From: Deinococcaceae bacterium
Lineage (GTDB): Bacteria; Deinococcota; Deinococci; Deinococcales; Trueperaceae
DNA length: 24,754 nt
Direction of reading: 5' to 3'
NCBI GenBank assembly: GCA_040256005.1
Contig: JBDZWC010000034.1
Span: forward strand, 1 to 24,754
The notes beneath the pieces were generated by a model. The model worked only from the letters and a program-made list of their open reading frames with translations. It was not told the origin of the DNA and made no database searches. A program made the position numbers and the translations under genes. Positions 1-7,460 of the stretch are shown here, in pieces (within the stretch, counting starts at the first letter, position 1; every line of letters begins with the position of its first letter).

Positions 1-1
1 C

Positions 2-94
2 AACGAGGCGCGCTCGCAGCAGGTCGACGTCGCGATGTCGACGAACTTCGCCTTCGGCGGCCAGAACGCCTGCCTGATCTTCAGGCGCCTGTGA
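2..94 (+). CDS. fabF: 3-oxoacyl-ACP synthase II, C-terminal fragment (gene begins before the window)
   Basis: Frame from position 2 reads [30 protein letters not shown], the (S/T)NxFxFGGxNA C-terminal signature of ketoacyl synthases. The TGA at 92-94 overlaps the next GTG start (GTGA). Confidence 0.88.
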   Translation, partial: NEARSQQVDVAMSTNFAFGGQNACLIFRRL

Positions 95-1743
95 ACCCCA
101 GGCCGCGGCGGTCCGCCTCGGCCCTCGAGTACGTCTACGTCGCCGCCCTCGTGGCGCTGGCGCTCGTCGGGTTCCTGGCAGGGGGACCCCGGCTGCCTGA
201 GGCCGGCGCTTGGGCCGGTCCCTTCCCGGTCGTGGAGTGGCAGAACGGTGTCACGTATCCGGCGGTCCCGGTCAACTCGAGCCTCGACATCGAGGTGCTG
301 GCGGAGGCGCCGCGGGGCGACCCCAACGACCCGGTATCAACTGCGCGCTTCGTGAACGACGCGACCGGGGAGCGCTACGAGGTGCAGGCGTTCTACGTCG
401 GCGGACGCGCCGGCCGGTCCGTGTACCGCTTCCGGTTCACGCCCAGGGCGCCAGGGCGCTGGACGTTCGCGACGAGCTCGTCGGTGCCGGGGCTCGACGG
501 CATCACCGGCGCGGTGAGGGCGACCGCAAGCGACCTCGAGGGGCCCTTGACGGCTCTGGACGGCAGGTTCGCCGTCGTCACCGGTGACGGGGAGGCGCGA
601 CCCACGACGTACAACGTGTTCGGCGCGGGAGGCAGGCTCCTGAGCGGGCTGGGGGACCTGCCGCGTGACGAGGCCGGCCTCAGGTCGGCCCTCGCGCCGG
701 TGCTTGACGAGGTCGCGCAGAACGGCTTCGACGCCCTGCACGTCGCCGTGAACAACGAGTGGTTGAGCCTGGGCAGGCCGCGCTGGGACCGCCACGCCGC
801 CGTCCAGCCCGACCCGGCCACGTTCCAGCTGCTGGAGACCCTCCTCGTCATGGCTCACGAGCGTGGCCTGTTCGTCCACTTCTGGATGTGGGGAGACGAG
901 GCGAGACGCTACACGCCGCTCGGCCTGCGGAGCGACCCGCTCATAGCGGGGGACCCGGGAGGCCCCACGGGGGCCGCGTTCGAGCGCGTCGTGCGGTACA
1001 TCGCGGCCCGCCTGGGCCCCATACCCAACTGGACCATGTCGTACGGCTTCGACCTGCACGAGTGGGCCGACGAGGGCCCTGTGCGGGCGTGGGCGGCTCG
1101 ACTCTCCGAGTCGCTGCCGGTGCCGCACCTCCTCACGGCGACGGAAGAGGGCAGGGAGCCGCGAGCGTTCGACCTGGGAGGCGACAAGCTGCCTCTCGTC
1201 TCGCGCGACCGCGACCCTTACGAGCACGACCAGGAGCCCTACGCCCTGGCGCTCCAGTACCTCGCCGAGGGGGGTGGTGGGCCCCTGCTCTTCGAGAGCC
1301 GCTACCTGATCCAGGCAGGCGGGCCGTGGGACGCCGCCGGGCTCGCCGAGGGCCTCTGGGGTTACGCCCTGGCCGGTGGGGTGGGGGCTATCTACGACAG
1401 ACCGCCAGACTCCGAGCTACCCCCGGAGGCGGTCACGGTGCTGAGGACGTTCCGCGACTTCTGGCGCGGCCGCGTGCCGCCTGGCGACGCGTGGTCGAGC
1501 GAGCGGGAGACCGGGGAGCTGGTGCTGGTCTCGGCGACCGGCGACAGCGGCGTACTGTTCGCCCGGGATACGGACGTGGTGGACCTCGCGGCGCTACCGA
1601 CCGGGTCACAGGCCATCGCGATCGACGCCCTGGCGCCCTACGCCGAGGTGCCGGTAGACACGGGGGCGACGACCTGGCGCGCGCCGCACGCCTCTTACTG
1701 GGCCGTGGCGTTCGGCGCCGCGGCGGACCGCTACGGACAGTGA
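91..1743 (+). CDS. Exported/membrane-anchored DUF5060 + DUF4038-like protein, putative glycoside hydrolase (GH140/apiosidase-like architecture)
   Basis: N-terminal hydrophobic helix. DUF5060-like motif [23 protein letters not shown]-barrel-like segments ([40 protein letters not shown]). C-terminal beta domain ending [13 protein letters not shown]. Family call is from remembered motifs. Confidence 0.65.
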   Translation: MNPRPRRSASALEYVYVAALVALALVGFLAGGPRLPEAGAWAGPFPVVEWQNGVTYPAVPVNSSLDIEVLAEAPRGDPNDPVSTARFVNDATGERYEVQAFYVGGRAGRSVYRFRFTPRAPGRWTFATSSSVPGLDGITGAVRATASDLEGPLTALDGRFAVVTGDGEARPTTYNVFGAGGRLLSGLGDLPRDEAGLRSALAPVLDEVAQNGFDALHVAVNNEWLSLGRPRWDRHAAVQPDPATFQLLETLLVMAHERGLFVHFWMWGDEARRYTPLGLRSDPLIAGDPGGPTGAAFERVVRYIAARLGPIPNWTMSYGFDLHEWADEGPVRAWAARLSESLPVPHLLTATEEGREPRAFDLGGDKLPLVSRDRDPYEHDQEPYALALQYLAEGGGGPLLFESRYLIQAGGPWDAAGLAEGLWGYALAGGVGAIYDRPPDSELPPEAVTVLRTFRDFWRGRVPPGDAWSSERETGELVLVSATGDSGVLFARDTDVVDLAALPTGSQAIAIDALAPYAEVPVDTGATTWRAPHASYWAVAFGAAADRYGQ

Positions 1744-1768
1744 GCGCGAGGAGGAGCCCGAGTCCCGC

Positions 1769-3337
1769 TCAGCGTCTGCGTCTGACCCAGCGGGCCGCGG
1801 CCCCCAGCTCCGGCAGGCCGAGCAAGGCGGCGGCACCCAGGTAGACCAAGACGAAGGCCAAGCCACCCGACACCAGTTCGAGCAGGCTGCCCGCCCAAGA
1901 GGACGAGGTCGCGACAGTGCGCGCGACCAGGAAGGCGGCGGCGCCGGCGAGCGCCGCGGCGAGCCAGGCCCCGGCGGCGTGCCGCCCGAAGGCGCGCAGC
2001 GAGAACCCCTCCCGCCTGGACACGAACACCGCGGACGACAGCACCTGCACCCAGGCGGCGACCGCGACGGCTGCCGCCACGCCCGTGACCCCGAAGGGGC
2101 CGGCTAGCAGGTAGTAGAGGACGCCCTGGAGGGTGAGCGCCGCGAGGGCGATGCCCACGGGCGGGCCCACCTTGCTCCTCACGTAGAACGTCCGTACGAG
2201 GAGGGCGTGGGCCGCCAAGGGGAACACGGCCAACCCCAGCGGCACCGTCGCCTCGACCGTGTAGGCGCGCAGCGACGGGTCCATGGGCTGACCGAAGAGC
2301 GAGCGCCAGTTGTAGAGCACGTCCACGAGCTGCGGGGCCAGTGCCGCGATCGCGACCCCAGCGGGGACCGAGAGGAACGTGATCAACCTGACGCCCTCGG
2401 TGAGCGTGGGGCCGAACGACGACTCGTCTCGGCCGGCGTGGGCCGAGAGCCGCGAGTAGTACGCCAGCGCCGGCGAGATCCCGAACAGTCCCAGGCCCAG
2501 GCTCAGGAAGAGGTCGGCCAGGTAGAAGGCGCCCTGCGCCCCGGCGTCGATGCCCGTCACGACGTTCGACGCCACGACGTTGACGACCTGCCGCCCGCTC
2601 GTCGTGACGGCGAACGGCACCATGAGCAGCGCCACGCTCGTCAGCGCCGGGTGCCAGGGTAGGCGCGGCCGCGGGAGGAGCCCTGCCCTCGCCAGGGCGG
2701 GCAGCTGCACGACCAGCTGGGCAAGCCCGCCCACCACGTGTGCGGCGGCCAGCATGACGGCCTGTCCGGGGAAGACGGCCATGAGGACCACCGTCACCAG
2801 GTTGAGGGCGACGGGCGCCCAGGCCGGGGCGGCGAAGCGCTCCTCGGCGTTGAGCAGTCCCATGGCCAGGGCCGAGAACGAGATCGCCGGCAGGAACGGG
2901 AACACGATGCGGATGAGGCGCGTCGTGAGCTCGACGTCAACGTGACCGGCGTCGGCGATCAGTAAGCGCGCCAGCAGGGGCGCGGTGAGGTAGGCGCCCA
3001 GCATGAGCAGGCCGTTCAAGATCGCGAGCAGCGAGAGGATGGCGCCAGACAGCCTCCGCGCGTCAGCCGGCTCGAGCCGCTTGTAGACCGGCACGAACGA
3101 GTTGACCAGGGCCCCCTCCGCCAGCAGCTCGCGGAACAGGTTGGGCACCTTGAACGCGGTCACGAAGGCGTCGACGACCGGTGTAGGGAAGAACTGGGCG
3201 AGGAGCGAGTTGCGCACCAGCCCGGTCACACGGCTCGCCAGCGTGCCGCCCATCAGGGTGAACGCCCCGCGCCGCGACGAGGCCGCCGCCGGAGCGCTGC
3301 GCGGTTTCGCCTCCCCGGGCGCGTCCACGGCAGCCAT
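1769..3337 (-). CDS. murJ: Lipid II flippase MurJ (MviN), MOP superfamily
   Basis: SRVTGLVR...DAFVTAFKVPNLFRELLAEGALVNSFVP N-terminal signature; 522 aa with many TM helices. Confidence 0.93.
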   Translation of the reverse strand: MAAVDAPGEAKPRSAPAAASSRRGAFTLMGGTLASRVTGLVRNSLLAQFFPTPVVDAFVTAFKVPNLFRELLAEGALVNSFVPVYKRLEPADARRLSGAILSLLAILNGLLMLGAYLTAPLLARLLIADAGHVDVELTTRLIRIVFPFLPAISFSALAMGLLNAEERFAAPAWAPVALNLVTVVLMAVFPGQAVMLAAAHVVGGLAQLVVQLPALARAGLLPRPRLPWHPALTSVALLMVPFAVTTSGRQVVNVVASNVVTGIDAGAQGAFYLADLFLSLGLGLFGISPALAYYSRLSAHAGRDESSFGPTLTEGVRLITFLSVPAGVAIAALAPQLVDVLYNWRSLFGQPMDPSLRAYTVEATVPLGLAVFPLAAHALLVRTFYVRSKVGPPVGIALAALTLQGVLYYLLAGPFGVTGVAAAVAVAAWVQVLSSAVFVSRREGFSLRAFGRHAAGAWLAAALAGAAAFLVARTVATSSSWAGSLLELVSGGLAFVLVYLGAAALLGLPELGAAARWVRRRR

Positions 3338-3354
3338 GTTCGCACGCTGCGCGG

Positions 3355-3360
3355 TATCAT
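3355..3360 (+). promoter_or_regulatory. Putative -10 element (TATCAT) for the 3401 gene
   Basis: TANNNT hexamer in the short divergent intergenic region; AAGGAG Shine-Dalgarno just before ATG 3401. Confidence 0.4.
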
Positions 3361-3400
3361 CGTCCCGCTAGCACGCCGCCCCACCGCGGAAGGAGCCGCC

Positions 3401-3949
3401 ATGGAGACCACGGTCACCGCCAACTTCGAACATCCGTCGGCCGCCGAGGACGCCGCGTCCGCACTGGTGAGCGCTGGCATCCCGCAGTCCGACGTCCTCG
3501 TGTTCCCTGGTGACTCCGACGAGGTGCTGCGTGCCCGGCGGCTGGCTTCCCCCAACCACATCCATCGCACGATCGTCCCGCCAGACGTGGGCGCCGCCAT
3601 GGGCTTCACCGCTGGCTTCCTGGGCGGGGGCTTCTTCGGCCTCCTGCTCGGCTCCGGCGTGTTGAACGTCATGGGCAAGGGGCCCGCCATGGCCATCGGG
3701 CCGTTCTGGTCATCGGTCATAGGCGCGGTGGCGCTCGGGCTCGCCGGCGCCCTGGCCGGCTACATCTTCAACGCGCCGCTGCCCGTCCTCGACCCGGTCC
3801 ATGAGACCGCCCCCCAGCCGCGGCTCACCGTCGTCACCGCGACCCTGCCCGCGGAGCGCGCCCAGGCGGCCCTCGATGCCTTGGGCAGCAAGAGGCCGCG
3901 CGACGTCACGGTCTGGCGCCGTGACGAGGGAGGTTGGGTACCGGCCTAG
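3401..3949 (+). CDS. Hypothetical membrane protein with glycine-rich hydrophobic hairpin (general-stress/glycine-zipper-like)
   Basis: Strong RBS (GAAGGAG). Pattern VTANFEHPSAAEDAASALVSAGI, then two Gly-rich hydrophobic segments, then a C-terminal beta-alpha unit. Confidence 0.6.
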   Translation: METTVTANFEHPSAAEDAASALVSAGIPQSDVLVFPGDSDEVLRARRLASPNHIHRTIVPPDVGAAMGFTAGFLGGGFFGLLLGSGVLNVMGKGPAMAIGPFWSSVIGAVALGLAGALAGYIFNAPLPVLDPVHETAPQPRLTVVTATLPAERAQAALDALGSKRPRDVTVWRRDEGGWVPA

Positions 3950-4058
3950 GTCGGTAGTTCGTGGTTTCGCCGCGTCAGGCACGCGCACCGCGAGGAACCT
4001 AGGGCACCTGCCCCAGGCACCTCAAGATTCACATCAAGAATACAGAGTTCTCACCTTA

Positions 4059-4078
4059 CTAGTGATAGCTTTCACTAG
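4059..4078. promoter_or_regulatory. Palindrome CTAGTGA-N6-TCACTAG (CRP/FNR- or Rex-like operator) overlapping a candidate extended -10 (TGn-TAGCTT, 4063-4071)
   Basis: Perfect 7-bp inverted repeat with a 6-nt spacer, lying in the most AT-rich stretch of the window. Confidence 0.45.
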
Positions 4079-4298
4079 GTAGCTTCATAGGGCAGTTGTG
4101 GTCCCTGCTACCTGAGCGAATTTCGACCCCGCGTCCGCGTAAGACGGGCCGGGGGGAGAGGACCCAGCAAGACCGGCTCCTAAAGGACGTGGGTAATACC
4201 ACATCCGTTCAGGTGGACCGTCAAACGGTGGCCTTTCTTACGAGGCAGACGGTTCTACCGGTCATAAGATCGCCGGGCAAATCCAAGGGGAGGCGCAG
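4077..4298 (+). ncRNA. Unidentified structured RNA domain in the 5' leader, upstream of the c-di-GMP-II aptamer
   Basis: Stem 4108-4118/4206-4216 (11 bp including G-U) encloses three hairpins, two with GUAA-containing loops. Further stems at 4077-4083/4107-4113 and 4212-4222/4248-4259. Confidence 0.45.
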
Positions 4299-4381
4299 TT
4301 CTCCTCAGCGACGTTGAAGCCAGTCCCGCAATTTGGGCGCCTGGGACGGGCCGAGTCAGTGGCGCAACCGGCTGACGAGAG
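4299..4381 (+). promoter_or_regulatory. c-di-GMP-II riboswitch aptamer
   Basis: P1 TCAGC/GCTGA (4305-4309/4371-4375), extended by TTCTC/GAGAG. P2 GAC/GTC. Kink-turn TGAA/CGA. P3 GCC-A-GTCCC/GGGAC-G-GGC. Loop TTGGGCGCC pseudoknots with AGT-GGCGC-AA-CCG. This matches the class II consensus UUGGGCAC...GAGUUAGUAGUGCAACCG with compensatory changes. Confidence 0.88.
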
Positions 4382-4456
4382 CGGTGCTCCTTAGCAAGCC
4401 CCTCTCGAAGTACTTGAGGCGGCGTGCACAGCACGCCGGAAAGAGAGAGGGGCAAG

Positions 4457-6319
4457 TTGAAGCACGATCCTCGCCAGGGCCACGTTCGCTTTGGCATCCA
4501 GCGGATCCGTTCGCTGCCGCGTTTCCAGCTAGTTTCCATCATCGGTCTCGTCGCGCTGCTCGTCAGCGCCTGCGCCACGCCTGACGGGGCCGCCAGCCGA
4601 GTCCCAACCATCATGCAGGCCATGGAGGCCGAAGAAGCCGTCATCGAAGGCTCGGTGCTCGCCGTGCGCGACACCCCGGGCACCTCCGGTGGCCAGGTCG
4701 TCGTCTCCACCGCCGCCGTCTCGCCGGCGAACGAAGGGGGCGAGGACGCCTCCCTCCCCTTCGAGGTGAGCGCCGAGGGCGAGTACGTCCTGTGGGCGCG
4801 CATCAAGGGCGCCTCCAGCGACGAGAGCGCCATGTTCCTCGGCTTCGACGGCAAGGTCGAACGCGTCGAGCTCTTCCGCTTCGGCGAGTTCGTCTGGGTC
4901 GCCGCGTCCGTCGGCCAGCTCGAGTCCGGCGAGCACGCGATCTCGATCGCGCACGCCGAACCCGAGACCGAGCTCGACGCGCTCGTCATCTCCTCACGGC
5001 GCGACCTCACCCACGACAACCTCGAGACCTTCCTCATGACCGGCGAGATGCCAGCCCCCGTGATGCCCGAGCCCAGTGATCCGGCCACCGGCGGCCCGGC
5101 CACCGGCGAACCGGACGGCGGCGCCGGCCCGAAGGCGCCCGTCGGCTCGACCGCCTACGACCTCAGGGGCGACCCGAACTTCGATCCCAACGACCTCCCC
5201 GCCGAAGCCCAGGTCTGGTACCGCAGGCTGTGGAAGGCCATCGACGACTCGGTCTACGACGCGTACGAATGGGCCGCGAGCGACGACCTCTACCGCTACG
5301 CCCGCGACCTTCACACCCACGTTCAGTTCCTCCTCCATGCGTTCCGCGTGACCGGCGACCTCCGCCTGCTCGACGAGGTCGACAAGATCGTCGAGATCAT
5401 GCGCGATCAGCTCCACGACTCGTGGCGCGGCGTCCTCTCGGGCTCGACTGCCCCCGGCAAGGACGGCTTCGTGAACTGGGTGTGGCGCTACAGCAGCGGC
5501 GACGAGTACGTGGGCAAGGACACCAACAAGCTCGACGAGATGAAGACCCACGCCCTCATCGCCAGCGTCGCCTACGCGCTCGACGTCAACCGCGACCTCC
5601 CTAGCCCCGGCGGCGTGAACTACGGCGCCCACGCCGACTTCTGGGTCGACTACCTGGTCAACGACTTCGAGGCCAAGTGGCGCCAGCGCGAGGGCGAGCC
5701 CAAGGGCTTCCCCATCATGATCCGCTCCGGTACGCACACGTACTACTCCTGGATGAAGTGGCACTACTACATGGCGCTGCTCACCGGCAACGACGGCTAC
5801 ATGCGGGAAGCCGAGCGCATGGCCGGCAAGCTCCACGAGGACGTGAAGGAGGTGAGCACCTCCAGCGGCACCGCGCTCCTGTGGCCCAAAGGCGTGCTCT
5901 CCGAAGGCAGCAGCCTGAACTACCTTCACCCCACCGTCTACGCGCGCTACGCCTTCCACGACGCCATCGAGTTCAACCTCGAGGGGTTCGGCTGGTGGGA
6001 CGACGAGACGCTGGAGCAGATGGCGCGCACCATCACCACCTGGGTCATCGATCCCGAGGGCGCCGAGGGCAGCCGCGACTGGTTCGCCGGCGACATCGGC
6101 GGCGACAAGGACCGCGCGGGCTTCCCCACCGACGGTTGGGCGCGCATGAACTACCTGCGCTACGAGGTCAGCTCCTACCCCGAGCTGGTCATCTACGACG
6201 ACAGCGGCAAGATCGACGACATCAACCAGCGCGTTATGGACAAGTTCGGTGACTACACCGATCCGCGGTACATCGCGTTCCCCACGGCAGAGCTGATGAA
6301 GGCGATACTCGACCGCTGA
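4457..6319 (+). CDS. Uncharacterised lipoprotein: CBM-like beta-sandwich, Pro/Gly/Thr linker, predicted (alpha/alpha)-barrel domain
   Basis: Likely TTG start at 4457 behind GAGAGGGG, in frame with the 4424 ORF. Lipobox LLVSA-C. Galactose-binding-like module (MEAEEA...GEYVLWARIKG...LESGEHAISI...LDALVIS). Helical repeats AFRVTGDLRLLD and ALLTGNDGYMREA. Confidence 0.8.
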   Translation: MKHDPRQGHVRFGIQRIRSLPRFQLVSIIGLVALLVSACATPDGAASRVPTIMQAMEAEEAVIEGSVLAVRDTPGTSGGQVVVSTAAVSPANEGGEDASLPFEVSAEGEYVLWARIKGASSDESAMFLGFDGKVERVELFRFGEFVWVAASVGQLESGEHAISIAHAEPETELDALVISSRRDLTHDNLETFLMTGEMPAPVMPEPSDPATGGPATGEPDGGAGPKAPVGSTAYDLRGDPNFDPNDLPAEAQVWYRRLWKAIDDSVYDAYEWAASDDLYRYARDLHTHVQFLLHAFRVTGDLRLLDEVDKIVEIMRDQLHDSWRGVLSGSTAPGKDGFVNWVWRYSSGDEYVGKDTNKLDEMKTHALIASVAYALDVNRDLPSPGGVNYGAHADFWVDYLVNDFEAKWRQREGEPKGFPIMIRSGTHTYYSWMKWHYYMALLTGNDGYMREAERMAGKLHEDVKEVSTSSGTALLWPKGVLSEGSSLNYLHPTVYARYAFHDAIEFNLEGFGWWDDETLEQMARTITTWVIDPEGAEGSRDWFAGDIGGDKDRAGFPTDGWARMNYLRYEVSSYPELVIYDDSGKIDDINQRVMDKFGDYTDPRYIAFPTAELMKAILDR

Positions 6320-6345
6320 CCCAGTCCCCGCAGTACGACCTGAGT

Positions 6346-6378
6346 ACGAAGGGCGCGGCTGCACCGCGCCCTTCGTTC
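6346..6378 (+). terminator. Strong hairpin after the lipoprotein gene, probable intrinsic terminator
   Basis: ACGAAGGGCGCGG-CTGCA-CCGCGCCCTTCGT is a perfect 13-bp stem 27 nt after the stop; the U-tract is weak. Confidence 0.65.
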
Positions 6379-6485
6379 GCTGTGACTCCGGCAGTGGCTC
6401 GGGGACGCCCCTGCGTCTAGACTGGGCTACCCCGGCGGACACTTCACCGAACCGGTCGAAGTGCGGGACGACCGCCACACCGACC

Positions 6486-7397
6486 ATGGACGAGCCGTTC
6501 TTCACAGTCATCATCCCCACCTACCGGCGTCCCGCCCTCCTCGTCAGGGCGCTGCAGAGCGTGGCCGCGCAGACGTTCGCAGGGGCGCAGGTGATCGTCG
6601 TGGACGACGCCGGCGACACGGAGACGCAGGACATCGTCGCCAGTTTCCCCGGGTTCGAGTACCTGGTCAACGACAACTCCAGGGGCGGCTCCGGAGCCCG
6701 CAACGCAGGCATCGCTCGCGCGACCGGACGCTGGGTCGCGTTCCTCGATGACGACGACCTGTGGCTCCCCCACAAGCTGGCTGCCGTCCGGGACCTGATC
6801 GCGGAGAGCACCAGTGAGCTCGGGCTCGTGTACAGCGCGGCCGAGCATTTCGACTCGGAGGAGAAGACGCCCATCATGAACACCCGCCCCTACGCCAGGG
6901 GCGAGGTACTCGACCAGGTGCTGTACCGCAACGTGATCGGCGGCATGTCGGTGGCCGTGGTCAGGCGTGACCTCCTGGAGAGGATCGGCGGGTTCGACGA
7001 GCGCTTCCCCGCCATGCAGGACGCCGAGCTCTACGTCCGCCTGGCGCAGATCTGCACGTTCGACTTCGTCGACCAGGTCCTCGTCAGGATCAGGTCTGCC
7101 CGCCACGCCCGTATCACGCACGACGTCGCCAAGAAGCTCCAGGCGTCCAAGCTCTTCGCCGAGAAGTACGCCAACCTCCTGGAGCAGCGGCCGCGACTGC
7201 GCCACAGGACGGCGGCGCGCACGCTCATCTTCGCCTCGGCCGCGCGGGACGCCAGGACGATCCTCGCGAACCTCCCGTGGACGTTGGCCGGCGTGCTCGT
7301 CGATCCGGGCAACGTCCCGTACGTGGTCCGGAGCCTCGTGGCCATCGCGAAGCAGGTCCCGGCGGGCCGCGCCAGGAAGGCCGGCGCCCTGCCGTGA
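6486..7397 (+). CDS. Glycosyltransferase family 2
   Basis: FTVIIPTYRR, VIVVDDA, ARNAGI, VAFLDDDDLW, GGFDERF..MQD GT-A motifs. Confidence 0.93.
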   Translation: MDEPFFTVIIPTYRRPALLVRALQSVAAQTFAGAQVIVVDDAGDTETQDIVASFPGFEYLVNDNSRGGSGARNAGIARATGRWVAFLDDDDLWLPHKLAAVRDLIAESTSELGLVYSAAEHFDSEEKTPIMNTRPYARGEVLDQVLYRNVIGGMSVAVVRRDLLERIGGFDERFPAMQDAELYVRLAQICTFDFVDQVLVRIRSARHARITHDVAKKLQASKLFAEKYANLLEQRPRLRHRTAARTLIFASAARDARTILANLPWTLAGVLVDPGNVPYVVRSLVAIAKQVPAGRARKAGALP

Positions 7398-7460
7398 CGA
7401 TGGGCCTCACATGGCTCAGGCCGGCATGACCGACCCAGTTGGCGCCAGCGCCCGGCTGTC

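Noticed and set aside
4150..4215. Glycine- or M-box-like words (GGAGAG, AAAGGAC, TTCAGG, GGCTCCTA)
   Set aside because: The core conserved segments (for example CCGAAG of glycine aptamers) are absent.
4254..4298. Fragments resembling a c-di-GMP-I aptamer (CCGGTC..GATCGCCGG and GGCAAA..GGCGCA)
   Set aside because: The elements are in the wrong order, and the GNRA tetraloop/receptor and closing P1 are missing. Kept only as part of the unidentified leader.
4381..4456. Group I intron downstream of the class II aptamer, as in C. difficile
   Set aside because: Only about 75 nt separate the aptamer from an uninterrupted ORF, and no group I core is visible.
4096..4584. Short ORFs 4096..4317 and 4333..4584, and the GTG 4424 start
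   Set aside because: They overlap the structured leader and riboswitch and lack an RBS or protein-like composition. TTG 4457 has the SD.
5081..5110. Short direct repeat CCGGCCACCGGCG x2
   Set aside because: It simply encodes PATGG/PATGE in a flexible linker; it is not an array.
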